Shown here one piece after another: positions 1 through 13,597 of a stretch of DNA of 64,000 nucleotides. The notes beneath the pieces were generated by a model, which saw only the letters and a list, made by a program, of their open reading frames with translations, had not been told where the DNA came from and made no database searches. Positions within the stretch are counted from its first letter, which is position 1; each line of letters opens with the position of its first letter. This stretch comes from Tubiluchus corallicola (taxonomy: Eukaryota; Animalia; Priapulida), in contig JAQGDQ010000499.1 in assembly GCA_030141605.1 (NCBI GenBank), positions 98,671 through 162,670 of the forward strand, in the 5' to 3' direction. Position numbers and translations under genes: made by a program.

Positions 1-130
1 GTAATAATATGGCTATTGATAATAATTGCAAATTAATAATTAATAAAAATAAAATCAAGAAATCGTGAGCTTCACGACACAAACTTTTTTCCGGTACCAA
101 AGTGCGCCTCATAAAGAGGCTTGACTGTAT
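1..130. mobile_element. Right end of a pogo/Tigger-like MITE; related internal fragment at about 21780-21910
   Basis: Ends GAGGCTTGACTG|TA; positions 1-70 are nearly identical to 21843-21905. Confidence 0.55.
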
Positions 131-613
131 TAAACTGAAATATCCATTCAACAGATTGCTCGCAATATGATCTTCTACATTTTCTACTATTCAAGTTATT
201 CCTTACAAGTTAGAATAGACAAAACAAGTTGCGTAAAGTGGAACTTTACGTGTCATTTTAATGTAAAGGAGCGTCAGACAGTGTAAGATTGACCTGCAGT
301 TCTCGTGTAGTTATTGGTCTTGTGAAATTTGCTATGGCTGCCTGGCCGTAATCTGTTTCAAGACATTCCCGTTTCTTAACATGAAACTGCAGTTTCGCCT
401 TTCGGCAAAACTTGCGGTGGATTTTTGACGTCAATCTTTGAGTCAATTTCTTTGTGGATCTCATCGCTACTCAAAACCAGATTTTGCTCAACAATTTACA
501 AATTTCAGAAATTCACTTCTGTTTATTAGAACATTTTGTGACACGTAACTTGAACTGCGTTTTCCGGATAGCGGCGTAAAAAGAAACAAGTCCACAAAGC
601 AAAACATACTTAC

Positions 614-3600
614 TGATATATTCCTCCAGCGATACAAATCCGTCCTTATCTTTGTCAATGTCTTCCATAGTCTCCTGTAAAAAAAACACAAATACATGAA
701 CAAACAAACCAGTAATGACCCCTTAATTCTTTATTCATTTGAAAGCCCATACTGTACCACAAACAGAAGGCATTAATGATTAGTCAGAATACTTCAATTT
801 CCTAACTCAAATCTGCACAGTGGTCTAACAGTGAAGAACACAGTTCCCTTGATGACAGTTGTAAACTCAAGCAGAATTTCTTGGAACAATCGTGTTTTAA
901 ATGTTCAAACAAATAAACTGGTTGGCATCCTTCTGTCTCGGAAGACAATGGAGTGTGCACCAAGAGAGTCAGCTATTGATCACATTGATGCAGTTGCAGC
1001 GTCGACTGTGGCTGAGCAGTCCGATCCTTGAACCACTAGAACGGCCTCTCCAAGGCGCACGCCTGGGCAAGGTGTATGGAGATCCTGAGTTGCCCAGACA
1101 ACAGGAACCCCCTCTCTTCGTCCCTGGTGTAGTCCAAAGGAAAGCGGAGCGATACATTTGGCACCAGGTTGGCTGCAGGAGCTGCCGGAGTCAGTGAGCA
1201 TGCTGCACTGGTCCGCCTTCGGGGCTCCACTCCTGATTTGGCAGGTTTACTCCTCTACACATGACCGTTGGGTCACTTGACCTCCTCCGCCCTCTAGCCT
1301 TTGGCTGCTTGTGCAGCTCCTCCGCCTAGTGTCGAGATACAGTGTGGGCATCCCGCAAGCCTACAGCACCTGGTATTAATAGGCGGTCACCCATCCAAGT
1401 ACTGGCCGTACTCTACGATGCTTAACTTCGGTGATCAGACGAGAACTGGTGTTTTCAACGTGATTTGGCCATAGTCTACGTTTTGCATATTCACCAGCTT
1501 TTTCATTATCCGTATTTCTTTTTATGCATTTTTTCGTTTTTTCTCTATTTGTCTGACGATGTCGAGTACTGAATGCATTTCTTTTTGAATTTTTCCTTCA
1601 ATTTCTGTCATCAGCTGATCCAGTTTTTGATTGCAGTCAAACCTCTTCGCACTGCCTGCTTTGCGACCGTAGAAAAAGTTGGCATCATGCCAGTAGGCAT
1701 TATAACAAGATACAGTCAACCTCGGGTATAACGTACTCACTTATAAGGGACCACCAACACCGGTCCCGATTTTTCGTAACATTTTTCATATGTAAAAATC
1801 TTCGTATATAAGGTACTCGGATATAAGCGACTTTCGCTTATAAGGGACGATATCTTCAGGTCCCGCGTAGTAGAAACCCATGTGAATTACCTCACATATA
1901 AGGGACCCTATGATCAAAGCGAAATTGATTGATTTTTAGCCTCAATTTTTTGCAAACTCGGCCTTCGAACAGCTTGGTTTCCGCGGTCACATACATCTCG
2001 CATCACTGAAGGAGCTTCCTACATACCGTTTGCACTGAATGTGTAGTAATAATCCATAAAAATACGGGTAAAAGTAGAGAAAAGTACAAGTCCAGATACA
2101 CGTAACACCCCCGGCCTGACTCAGCTTCGACTATAAGGGACATTGGATACAAGGGACGTTTTTTTCCGGTCCCGAGGTGTCCCTTATATCCGAGGTTGAC
2201 TGGACATTAATACATATACATGTCTAAGCAAGTGGATATTCCAAAAATACGGACGTTAACTGAGGCTGTTGCTATAAAGAGGGCATTATAACAAGGTCTC
2301 TGATTATAACTATAATTTTATTAACTATTTATTATCGAACAGCTTCTTTGGATGAAATTCCTACAAATATGAGCAGATGAAAAAGAGGTAATTACCTGAG
2401 CGACCACCTCCCTCATGTGGTCAGCGTCCTCCGGGTGCATGAAATCTGTGAATTCTTTCTTGCTGAGCTGACCGTCCTTGTCCACGTCGGCAATGTCCCA
2501 TCTCCTTCTGTCTCTGTCCACCATGTCCTTGTAGCTGAAGCCGTCGTCATCGACTTCATCCATTTCTGCAGAGAAATTTCAAGTTGAGAATTGGGAAGCC
2601 ATTTTGTTTAATTAGTCTAGTACCAAGAAGTGAGGCATATATATTCACATATCCTGAATTTTGTAACGGATATATAGTTGTGTATTTCAATAATTTTTAA
2701 TAACTATTATATGTGTACTTGCATAGAAAAATCGTCCATAAGTTGACAATTAAGCTTTTCTAGTTATTCACGTATCCTGAATTTTCTAACGGTATATATA
2801 GTTGTGTATTTCAATAATTTTTAATAACTATTATATGTGTACTTGCATAGAAAAATCGTCCATAAGTTGACAATTAAGCTTTTCTAGTTATTCACGTATC
2901 CTGAATTTTCTAACGGTATATATAGTTGTGTATTTCAATAATTTTTAATAACTATTATATGTGTACTTGCATAGAAAAATCGTCCATAAGTTGACAATTA
3001 AGCTTTTCTAGTTATTCACGTATCCTGAATTTTCTAACGGTATATATAGTTGTGTATTTCAATAATTTTTAATAATTATTATATGTGTACTTGCATAGCA
3101 AAATTGTGAGAACAAAAAATGGCGTTAAGCAAAAAATGGAATGCTACTGGAAAAATGAAAAATTCGGGAGATATCAGAAAAATGTACAGTGTTCCCTCGC
3201 TACTTCCGGGTTCGTTCATCGCGGACTCGCTGTTTCGTGGGTTTTCAAAAATATCAATGTAAAATATTTATCGCGGTATTTTCGCTGTTTCGTGGGTTTT
3301 TGCAGTACTCCGTCTAAAGTATTTTTGCACGTAGTACTTATTGTATACAGTAATGTATAGATTTGATGAATTTTGCATAAAAAATCACAAAATGTATAAA
3401 AATATATTAAAAATATTAATTCTAACACTAGAAGAATATTATAAATCATAAAAAATGATCATTTAGAGTAAATAGTGTATTTATTCGGCGGATGAGTACA
3501 CACCACAAACAAAATGTAGTACTTGCGCCTGCTTGAGATGCTACTTGCCGACGTGAGACTGTACACAATTATGAACATTTAAGTAAAGTTTTTTAAAAGG

Positions 3601-6600
3601 TACATGTACAGTACGGGAAAAGTTATTAAGGGAATGGGAAAGGGTTATGTATAAAAGGTACATGTACAGTATGGGAAAAGTTATTAAGGGAATGGGAAAG
3701 GGTTATGTATATGAGTGTGGAGAGGGTTTATAAAGACTTAAAATATTGTATAACTACTAAAATAAGTATAGCATCTCTACTTCGCAGAAATTCACTTATC
3801 GCGGGTGGGCCTGGAACGGAACACCAGCGATAAGTGAGGGAACACTGTACACTCGATTTCAGAAAATCAATACTTGCCATCCTCTGGATCGTAACCATAT
3901 TGGGTCTTCTTGTACTCGTCCCAGGAAAGAAGCTGATCGTCGGATGTTTTTTCGTGCGTCTCCCACTGTCGATCCACGTCTTCCGTGATATATCTGCAAG
4001 GCAGAAATATGGAAAATGGATTTGCCTTGAACTGTTGAACTGCACAAGAATTACTAGGCGAAACACCAATTACGTCATCATCATCATCATCCAATGAATC
4101 ATACGACCAGGGACATGATTCTGTTCACCTCCCTACGCCAGGACTCCCTACTCGCTGCAATGCCACAATTGCATTTATTTCTAAGGATCAATGCTGAAGT
4201 GTTTAAATCTTTCTGCGCAAAATCTGAATATGTTAACATTTGTCCTCCTGCAGGCTTTTTAGCTAGTTCTATGGCTTGTTGAAGAGCAATTACGGCCGCA
4301 ATTCAAAATTCAGGCAATGGCGCACATCTTTATCATAGCGAACGGGTTTCGCAATACAGTCTGAATGTGTAGGGTCAATTTGTAAAGCTTCTTCTAATAA
4401 AACAATTTAGAATGTTTGCACAAATACAGTAGGGTTTACTATGGTATAGGCCCGTCACGATACATCGATCAGGTACATTACCGAAATGAAATAATCGCAC
4501 ACAGTGCGAATGCTGTCGTACCTAGACTGTGTAAATTCTATCCATTCCACCAGTTCCTGCTCGCTGACGAACTCGTCTTTGTCCTTGTCTATTCGATCCA
4601 CAATCAGCCTAAAAACGAAAATGGCGTCGTTGCCGAAATTAACTGCACCAACGTAACGTAAAGAAACTTTTATTTGTAAATGAACAAGTATCTCATGAAT
4701 ACATACATGCATGAAAAACACGATTGTTTATAAGGAAAGCAAGCAATAAAGTCACAGGTAAAAAAGTCATAGAAAAGTCACAGGAAAAAAAAAGAAATAA
4801 CGCTAATCTTAACTGTTCACACAACCCTAATGATAACCTTAAGATACTGAACAAAATGTGATTTTTTTCCACAAACACAGTCACGTATTGCCATATTTTC
4901 TATTTTAGTATTTTAATTGTGTGACCTACTTAAAAAAATGTGACTAACTTGAATTTTTTTGTTTGATAACCTAACTTTCTTTCCTAACCAAAATTGCGAC
5001 TTTTTTAGGCCAACATAAATTAATTGTGCCTTTTTCCTGTGACTTTTCCTAGCCAAATAGCGGCCTGCCAACTAGCGGCCAGTTTGTGAAATAATGTACC
5101 GGGTCCGTAAAAATTTTCTCAGCGAATTTACGCGATTTACAAAAATGGCACTACTGGTCTTCCAAAAAACTCGGAATTCCGCGTATCCGCGGAAAATTCT
5201 CATCCCTGATATTGTTAAAACACTAAAAAATGATATCATTAAGGCAGAATATCAGTAATAAGAATAGAAGCTGACTTCGGTTGGTTCTATTAATCCTGGT
5301 TAAAACTACAAACTGCAAGACATCTCATAATCGACCTACTTAAACTCGCTACAATTTTCTCATTTACAATCTTTTTATTCAAAAAAAAGTTAACAGAGCC
5401 AAACTGAAACTGTTAGGCCCCAATGTTAGGCTAAGTTTCTTAGACAAATATTGCAAACTTAAACATAACTGTGCTGCGTTTTATAACAAAAGCAACGATT
5501 CTAGCGATTGGAACGCTACTGGAAGCGAATACAACTTTATATACTTCGGCACGAACAAACTATTACGCATAAACCGAACACTATGAATTACAACATTTTA
5601 TGATTTTATTAAAATTTTTAACGGTAAATGTAACATAGTTTTACTGTATGATGTGTCTGCATTAGTGTTTGTGTTAGCATTGTTATGATTTGTATCAATT
5701 CAGCTTTCAGTTCATTTCGTTTTATCTAGAAAAGCACAGGTTTAAAAATTTAAATGAAAGCATGCTAAATGCTGTTAGCATTGTTATGATTTGTATCAAT
5801 TCAGCTTTCAATTCATGTCGTTTTATCTAGAAAAACAGAGGTTTAATAATTTAAATGAAAGCATGCTAAATGCTGTTAGCATTGTTATGATTTGTAAAGT
5901 AAACCAATTGAACTGCTAGTTTTTGCAAGAGCATCTTTAGGTTTTCCCTTATAGAAAATTAGCAACTGCATACTGCATTGTCTTATTTACTTTAGCAAAA
6001 GAAAGCTGATCAATTCAGCTTTCAAGCAGAGGTTTAATAATTTAATTTAAAGCATGCTAAGTGCTGCTAACCACTGAAATAATTTACATCCGGGATGAAC
6101 AAAGAAATGTACTTACCCTAATCTACGTATACTCTCCTCTGGGGAAAGCTGATCGAACTCTCGAGCTTCATCGCGACCAAGAAAAGCTTCGTGATCATAC
6201 TCGTCGTTGTGATCTAAGTTGCCGTCATCATCGTCATCGTTGTAATGCTTCTCACTGCTGAGTGGCTGAGCAGAAAAATGGAGAAGTTATAAAAATATCG
6301 ATATCACACAATCATATCTTGCAGACACACAAGGGCGAAGGAGCTGATTAATAAGTTCCTCATTAAATATAGTAAACTGCTAACTTAAAAAGCCATTAAT
6401 TTAAAAAAAGGCTAACAGCGCAATACGAATTCACAATGCTTTGGTTCTTATTTTTGCTAAAGTAATTCTTTCAGCTTTCATCCTCTGTTGACAACCATTA
6501 CGGTGCGTTCAGACTGGCGAGTTTTCTGTCGCGACTTTTTTCTTTCACAACAAACTCGCAAACGTGCGTGAACAGCTTTCCGAGTTACTGTCGGCAAGTT

Positions 6601-9600
6601 ATTGCAAATTGTCCGACAGTTATTGCCCAGTGTGAACACCTCGGTGAGTTACTCTCGACACTTCTCACGGTGAATAGAGAACGCAGTGTCAGCTCATGCG
6701 TACAGTCGGAGAGTAACTCGCAGCAAATGTTGTGAACACGCTTGCAAGTTGCTTGGAGAGTTCACTGGGGAAGAAAACTCACTAGTGTGAAAGCACCATT
6801 AGAAAGTTTCCACTACTATCACATAACACATTTTTCATGATTGTGGGAGTGGAACAGACATCATCCTATTGTCACGATGATCACACGATCATTTTAGAAT
6901 CATTTATGTCCACTCTAGAGCGCATTCCACAATCGCAACCCGATTGTAGACTTTTTTTATAGTGCTCAACAATTCGTGCACAATTTTGAGCTAGGTAGCA
7001 CCGAGACATGTACTTTAGTTTGTAACTGAATGTTTGTCTCGTCTCGAGATGGCTAAAGAAAAAAATCATTTAAATACTTCAAAAATTTGTCCGTAGCGAA
7101 ACGTACTGAGCTTGAGCCTGACAGAAGTGATGGCATTTCAAAGTCAGAAGTTTTGCTGTTTGATTGTAGCAGAAACTCTCTATTATCATTTTAGTTTAAA
7201 GTGACATAGCTTTTTCAGCAATCTGCAGCATTTAAGCAAAAAGCACAATCGAAATAACTAGAAAAAATTTGGAATGCTTCAATAACAACACCATTATTTT
7301 TTGTAACGTGTCAAGTGTAAGTAATAATAACCATGCATTACTATCAACATTCATCGTTAACGGTATTGAACAGAAATCAAGAGCAGAAGCTGCTAAGTAA
7401 ACCTCTTCAGTAATCATTTCCAGTGTGAACGAACTATTTGCAGCACGGCTAGGCTACACACAAGCGATACAAAGCAAACAGTTCAAAAGCGACATAGTTA
7501 CCTTGTCGAAGGGTTTTTTAGGTACAGCGGCAGTTGACTGCAGCGCTACGAATACGGTCAGGACATAGAATGAAGATAACAACGCGAATACAGACACATT
7601 CATTGCTGTCTAGCGTGCTACCAAACACCAAACGCGGCAAAGTGCGAAAAATTCCTGCAGAAACAACAAACAGAACAACGTCTGAAATACCGTGGCAATT
7701 CGATAAGCCAAACAGAAAGCAATGCAAAAACAGGTTAACGAAAAACAGAAACGAAAACCATCTAGATCTAGACAGTTGAGAAAAAAGAATTTGAAAGCCC
7801 CAAGTGATAGGTAAAAAATAAATGAAAATAAAGTGTCTAGATCTAAATAGTTTTTCAGAAATATTTTTAAACATTTTGTTAATCTGTGCATAATACGTTC
7901 ATGCTGCTTTCTCGTCTATTTAGGAAGGGTTTGTTTAATTTTCTTTAATGTCGGTTGGCAAAAATTCCAAAAACGAAAGAGTTTTGAGAGCAGCAGTAAA
8001 TTTATAAATTCGTAAAATTACTGTGATTTTATACTCAGATTTCACGTTAGAAAATCAAAAAATTGGAAAATTTCGATTTTACAAAACATGTTGACTAAAT
8101 TGTTCACACATGCGCAAGACCAAGTTCAAACTACAGTAAATCCACGCTTAACGACTCCCCGTTTAATGACACTCTGTATGTTGACTAAATTATTCACACA
8201 TGTGCGAGACCAAGTTCAAACTACAGTAAATCCTCGCTTAACGACTCCCCGTTTAATGACACTCTGTATGTTGACTAAACTATTCACACATGTGCGAGAC
8301 CAAGTTCAAACTACAGTAAATCCTCGCTTAATGACTCCCCGTTTAATGACACTTTGTATGTTGACTAAACTATTCACACATGTGCGAGATCAAGTTCAAA
8401 CTACAGTAAATCCTCGCTTAATGACTCCCCATTTAATGACACTCTGTATGTTGACTAAACTATTCACACATGTACGAGACCAAGTTCAAACTACAGTAAA
8501 TCCTCGCTTAATGACTCCCCGTTTAATGACACTTTGTATGTTGACTAAACTATTCACACATGTGCGAGACCAAGTTCAAACTACAGTAAATCCTCGCTTA
8601 ACGACTCCCCGTTTAATGACACTTTGTATGTTGACTAAATTATTCACACATGTGCGAGACTAAACTATTCACACATGTGCGAGACCAAGTTCAAACTACA
8701 GGAAATCCTCATTTAATGACTCCCCGTTTAATGACACTTCGTATGTTGACTAAACTATTAACATATGTGCGAGACCAAGTTCAAACTACAGTAAATCCTC
8801 GTTTAATGACTCCCCATTTAATGACACTTTGTATGTTGACTAAACTATTCACACATGTGCGAGACCAAGTTCAAACTACAGGAAATCCTCGCTTAACGAC
8901 TCCCCGTTTAATGACACTTTGTATGTTGACTAAACTATTCACACATGTGCGAGGCCAAGTTCAAACTACAGTAAATCCTCGCTTAACGACTCCCCGTTTA
9001 ATGACACTTCGTATGTTGACTAAACTATTCACACATGTGCGAGGCCAAGTTCAAACTACAGTAAATCCTCGTTTAATGACTCCCCATTTAATGACACTTT
9101 GTATGTTGACTAAACTATTCACACATGTGCGAAACCAAGTTCAAACTACAGTAAATCCTCGCTTAACGACTCCCCGTTTAATGACACTTTGCATGTTGAC
9201 TAAACTATTCACACATGTGCGAGACCAAGTTCAAACTACAGTAAATCCTCGTTTAATGACTCCCCATTTAATGACACTTTGTATGTTGACTAAACTATTC
9301 ACACATGTGCGAGACCAAGTTCAAACTACAGTAAATCCTCGCTTAACGACTCCCCGTTTAATGACACTTCGTATGTTGACTAAACTATTCACACATGTGC
9401 GAGACCAAGTTCAAACTACAGTAAGTCCTCACTTAATGACTCCCCATTTAATGACACTTTGTATGTTGACTAAACTATTCACACATGTGCGAGATCAAGT
9501 TCAAACTACAGTAAATCCTCGTTTAATGACTCCCCATTTAATGACACTTTGTATGTTGACTAAACTATTCACACATGTGTGAGACCAAGTTCAAACTACA

Positions 9601-11591
9601 GTAAATCCTCGTTTAATGACTCCCCATTTAATGACACTTTGTATGTTGACTAAACTATTCACACATGTGCGAGGCCAAGTTCAAACTACAGTAAATCCTC
9701 GCTTAACGACTCCCCGTTTAATGACACTTTGTATGTTGACTAAATTATTAACACATGTGCGAGACCAAGTTCAAACTACAGTAAATCCTCGCTTAACGAC
9801 TCCCTGTTTAATGACACTTTGTATGTTGACTAAACTATTCACACATGTGCGAGACCAAGTTCAAACTACAGTAAATCCTCACTTAACAACTCCCAGTTTA
9901 ATGACACTTCGTATGTTGACTAAATTATTCACACATGTGTGAGACTAAATTATTCACACATGTGCGAGGCCAAGTTCAAACTACAGTAAATCCTCGCTTA
10001 ACAACTCCCAGTTTAATGACACTTTGTATGTTGACTAAACTATTCACACATGTGCGAGGCCAAGTTCAAACTACAGTAAATCCTCGCTTAACAACTCCCA
10101 GTTTAATGACACTTTGTATGTTGACTAAATTATTCACACATGTGCGAGGCCAAGTTCAAACTACAGTAAATCCTCGCTTAACAACTCCCAGTTTAATGAC
10201 ACTTTGTATGTTGACTAAACTATTCACACATGTGCGAGGCCAAGTTCAAACTACAGTAAATCCTCGCTTAACAACTCCCAGTTTAATGACACTTTGTACG
10301 TTGACTAAACTATTCACACATGTGCGAGGCCAAGTTCAAACTACAGTAAATCCTCGCTTAACAACTCCCAGTTTAATGACACTTTGTATGTTGACTAAAC
10401 TATTCACACATGTGCGAGGCCAAGTTCAAACTACAGTAAATCCTCGCTTAACGACCCCCAGTTTAATGACGTTTTAACAACGCTAAACATGTGACACCCG
10501 CCCTTTTTTCACTTAACGACGCACCGTTTCATTTTAATGACAATTTTTTTATTTTGCTTGCAGCCATTTTTTATTTTATCAACAACTTATTTTACTTAAT
10601 TTGAAGTATTAAAGCGGTACAAATTGCATTATTTTGCTCTAAAAATGCATTAGTAATCTAAGCAGTGCAATTATTATAATGCTTTTGCTTCCCGACTGAC
10701 TATGTACTAAATTCTAGCCGTTTGTATCAAGCGAGATCTATTTGCTGATTTATATGCCTTCAGGCACCCGAGTTTAAACTTTGTGCAAAGGAACCTTGTC
10801 TGCAACTTGTTGCATTAACAGCCAGATTACTACTAACAGAAATTGTTGCTTCATGCAAGGCTTGGCTTTAACTATGCAGTGTTTAACTGCTAACTGTCTG
10901 TATATAGGCTTCAAGAGATCGCTTGCAAGTCTAGCTAGATATTGATAAGAAAGATAGGTGGTTTGAAGCAAACATAAAAGAAATTAACCAGTAGAAACGT
11001 GAATAAAACTCATAAAATGTTTCGTGTATATAATTTGAGCAGCATTGATTTTTGCTCTTAAAACGTATCTCAATTCTTTTACATTACTTTCTACGGAAGT
11101 CTTGGTTTCGCTTAACGCCGCATTTTGCTGGAATACATTAGCGTCGTTAAGCGAGGACTTACTGCAGTTGTTTCGTTTTAACATACACGCTTTAAATTTT
11201 TAGCTGTTATTATTTTTATAAACTCAGTCTTAACTGCTCACAGTACAGTAATTTTGATTTACGTAATTTTGGCAGTATCAGTTAAAGTACCAATTTTACA
11301 CTGCAGCAGCTGCCAAAACATTGACAAATCAGCTTTCATACAAAGATTTCTTTCATCGCATAAAAGTTATCGTAAGGTTTCATCGCATAAAAGTTATCGT
11401 AAGGTTTCATCGCATAAAAGTTATCGTAAGGTAATCGCCAACTACATTTAAATATATATGAACAGCAACATGCATTATTATGCACACATCAGCAAAATGG
11501 CCACTAATACCGCCCACATACCTACCTTTGTCTCCTCGTGACCAAGAGCGGTGGCCACTAGTATGAGGAGCAAAGTAATTTTCTTGTACAT
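614..11591 (-). CDS. CALU: Calumenin/reticulocalbin (CREC family) multi-EF-hand secretory-pathway Ca2+-binding protein; 3' end lies beyond the left edge of the window
   Basis: Exons (minus): 11591-11526 ([22 protein letters not shown]) or alternative 7603-7502; 6265-6117 (PLSSEKHY...[33 protein letters not shown]); 4608-4522 ([23 protein letters not shown]); 3993-3878; 2565-2396 ([29 protein letters not shown]); 674-614 ([20 protein letters not shown]). Splice phases all compatible. [17 protein letters not shown] and HPE motifs are CREC hallmarks. Confidence 0.92.
920..1476 (-). mobile_element. 5S-rRNA-headed SINE (SINE3 type), copy 1
   Basis: About 120-nt 5S-like head (CTCGTCTGATCACCGAAGTTAAGC...GGATGGGTGACCGCC...CCAGGTGCTGTAGGCTT) without an oligo-T terminator, followed by a roughly 430-nt body shared with copies at 28246 and 44862. 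Confidence 0.85.
1713..2202. mobile_element. Tc1/mariner-pogo (Tigger-like) MITE
   Basis: TIRs CAGTCAACCTCGG...CCGAGGTTGACTG, TA on the left, internal TATAAGGGAC repeats. Confidence 0.8.
2645..3100. repeat. Tandem repeat, about 121-bp unit, about 3.7 copies
   Basis: TATCCTGAATTTT...AAAATCGTCCATAAGTTGACAATTAAGC repeated. Confidence 0.9.
3187..3847. mobile_element. Tigger-like MITE (family A, copy 1)
   Basis: TA|CAGTGTTCCCTC...GAGGGAACACTG|TA. Confidence 0.85.
5670..6065. repeat. Degenerate tandem repeat, about 101-bp unit
   Basis: GTTAGCATTGTTATGATTTGTA at about 5672, 5773 and 5874. Confidence 0.75.
6501..6798. mobile_element. PIF/Harbinger-like MITE
   Basis: Imperfect TIRs GGTGCGTTCAGACTGGCGAGTTTTCT / AGAAAACTCACTAGTGTGAAAGCACC; TTA on both sides. 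Confidence 0.75.
7502..7603 (-). CDS. Alternative signal-peptide-encoding first coding exon of the calumenin-like gene
   Basis: ATG at 7603; [34 protein letters not shown] ends in AAG|GTAACT, phase 0 like the 11591-11526 exon; pyrimidine-rich acceptor TTGTTTCTGCAG at about 7655. Confidence 0.7.
8088..10472. repeat. 90-bp satellite, about 26 copies
   Basis: ATGTTGACTAAACTATTCACACATGTGCGAGACCAAGTTCAAACTACAGTAAATCCTCGCTTAACGACTCCCCGTTTAATGACACTTTGT. Confidence 0.97.
10434..11164. mobile_element. Tigger-like MITE whose left end forms part of the adjacent 90-bp satellite
   Basis: TA|CAGTAAATCCTCGCTTAACGAC ... GTCGTTAAGCGAGGACTTACTG. Confidence 0.75.
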
Positions 11592-11689
11592 GAAGCTACA
11601 GCTAAAACAGTCAAATACAGTACATAATTACAAGGCTTTAACTAGATGCAATGCTTCTGTAACTTTCATTTTGCATTGTGGCACGTAAA

Positions 11690-11875
11690 TTCAATTTTTC
11701 AATTCAATTCAATTTTAATTTATTTATCTCTTTATAATACTACAATAAAACATGATTAATAAAAGAATCGCTAATAAGTTTTGAAGAATGGTTAAAATGA
11801 TTAGATAGATCTAGAACTAGAGAAAAGAAAGGATAGCGAAAAGACTATGAAGTCACCCTAGTCTGCTATCCTTTA
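11690..11875 (-). mobile_element. 3' end of an L2/CR1-type LINE or its SINE partner; second copy at about 27570-27745
   Basis: Two near-identical copies, each with a stem-loop (AAAGGATAGC...GCTATCCTTT) and a (TTGAA)n tail on the minus strand. Confidence 0.55.
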
Positions 11876-13597
11876 CCGAATATAGATAAAATGATTTTTA
11901 CACACTGGTGGGCATTAATGTTATCAGTTTAATTTAGGAAACATTAATAATTTTAAAATTATTTGCTAATTAAGTAATCCAGAGTAAAGAAAATACATGT
12001 ACTTTAATTAGCGGGCAACAAAATAAGGTCAATCTTGATTAAACTAAAAATAGTATTTAGATTTTATGTGAAATACAGGTCAAAATTGTTATGAAATGAT
12101 AAAAACACTTTGGGTTAATAATGCAGTTAATCAACAACAGGGGTTAAATACATTTTGATTGGAGTTCAACTTCAATTTCTAGGCTTAAATAAATAAACAA
12201 AAAATAAATAAACCGCTTGTTGCAATAAAATCTAGTGTATCTTTCGTATATTTGATCAACATTTCGACTTCATTTTCAAGTCGTACGTAGTCAAAACCAT
12301 ATTAAAACAGTTGACACCAAATTCAATTCAAATTGTTTTCTTCTATATAAACTAAAAAGCTTCGGTCGAGTTGAAATTAAGTAGAAAACGTGGGCAAAGA
12401 TACAGTGGACAGAAAGATTGGGGGAAGGCCTTCTGATACTTCAAGTTTTAATATGACAACGGGCTGGTCATTTAGAAGAAAGCAATTTGAATTAAATTTG
12501 CATTAACCATTTTAATCTAAGATTGTGCATATTACACTTTTGGCTATATATTCTTGAAGAAGACATAATGTAGAAATATGTAATAGTGCAGCAAAATAGT
12601 CCTTAACTTGGCAATTACGCTTTCCTAGTTATTCATTGAAAAACATAACCTTGAGAAAATCCTGTTAAAGTCAGCCACTGTTTTTTGTCCCGTTTCTATA
12701 AAACGCTTAGCTACCACACAAATGTTGGTTGCTACGGACTTTGTAAGAACATGTTGAAGTTATGTTTAAATCCAGTAGATGGCTCTTTCTGACGAAGATC
12801 TGGGCTTGGCAACAGAAAAAACCCGAAGCAAAGTGACTGTTTCCAGGAGCTGCTATCAAAGTTTGAAAATACAAGTTTTTTTACAATTGCATTACTAAAC
12901 TTAGACAGAGAAATGGGTGTGGGGTTATAAAATTATATTTTTAGTATTTTTTGAACATTTTCTTGATAATTTCATGCTAGTATATAAAAGTCCAGCATGT
13001 TTAGCATTTTTATAAAAAACAAAAGTTGATGTTTAACCAAATTTTTGGGGCATTTGACTTTGAAGCATCATAACGTTGTGTTACCTATGGTGACTTATGG
13101 ACGGCTTTCGTTTGCAAGCACACAAATATTGATCAAATGAACAAAAAATACACTAGATTTGACTACAACAAGCATGGTTCATTTATTTATTTACATGGTA
13201 TAAAGATAATTACAATTGTTGCCATTTTTTCAACTTGTCTGATACTGGAGTAAGCTCAACAAGTTTTCTCAATGGTAGGGGCCAGGGGGTGAGCATTCTC
13301 TATCAGAAAGAGAATTCGTGTCGAATTTGGACTTTCAAATTCGAATCGAACCGAATTTCAGCATTTCGAATTCGAATCGAGTTGGAAAGATTTTCGAACT
13401 AGCAAAAAGTGGGCTTACAAAGATCACGGATATTTCTGCAGTAAGACCACTATTAGTTTGTTAGAAATTTTGCACAGAAACTGCAGCTTAATTGTGCTAA
13501 TTGCAAGCTGTTTCAAACATTTTAATGATAAAGAACATGTGTAGTTGAAGTGCTGAATTATTCAAATCTATAGTTTTAAGTTCGAATTCGAGCTAAA

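Noticed and set aside
831-1230. Short ORFs in the SINE body (also about 28441-28870 and 45078-45392)
   Set aside because: Frames are not conserved between copies; GC-rich non-coding body.
8088-10477. Long ORFs of 108-310 aa ([14 protein letters not shown]...)
   Set aside because: Stop-free frame of a 90-bp satellite, antisense within a calumenin intron and broken by slippage frameshifts.
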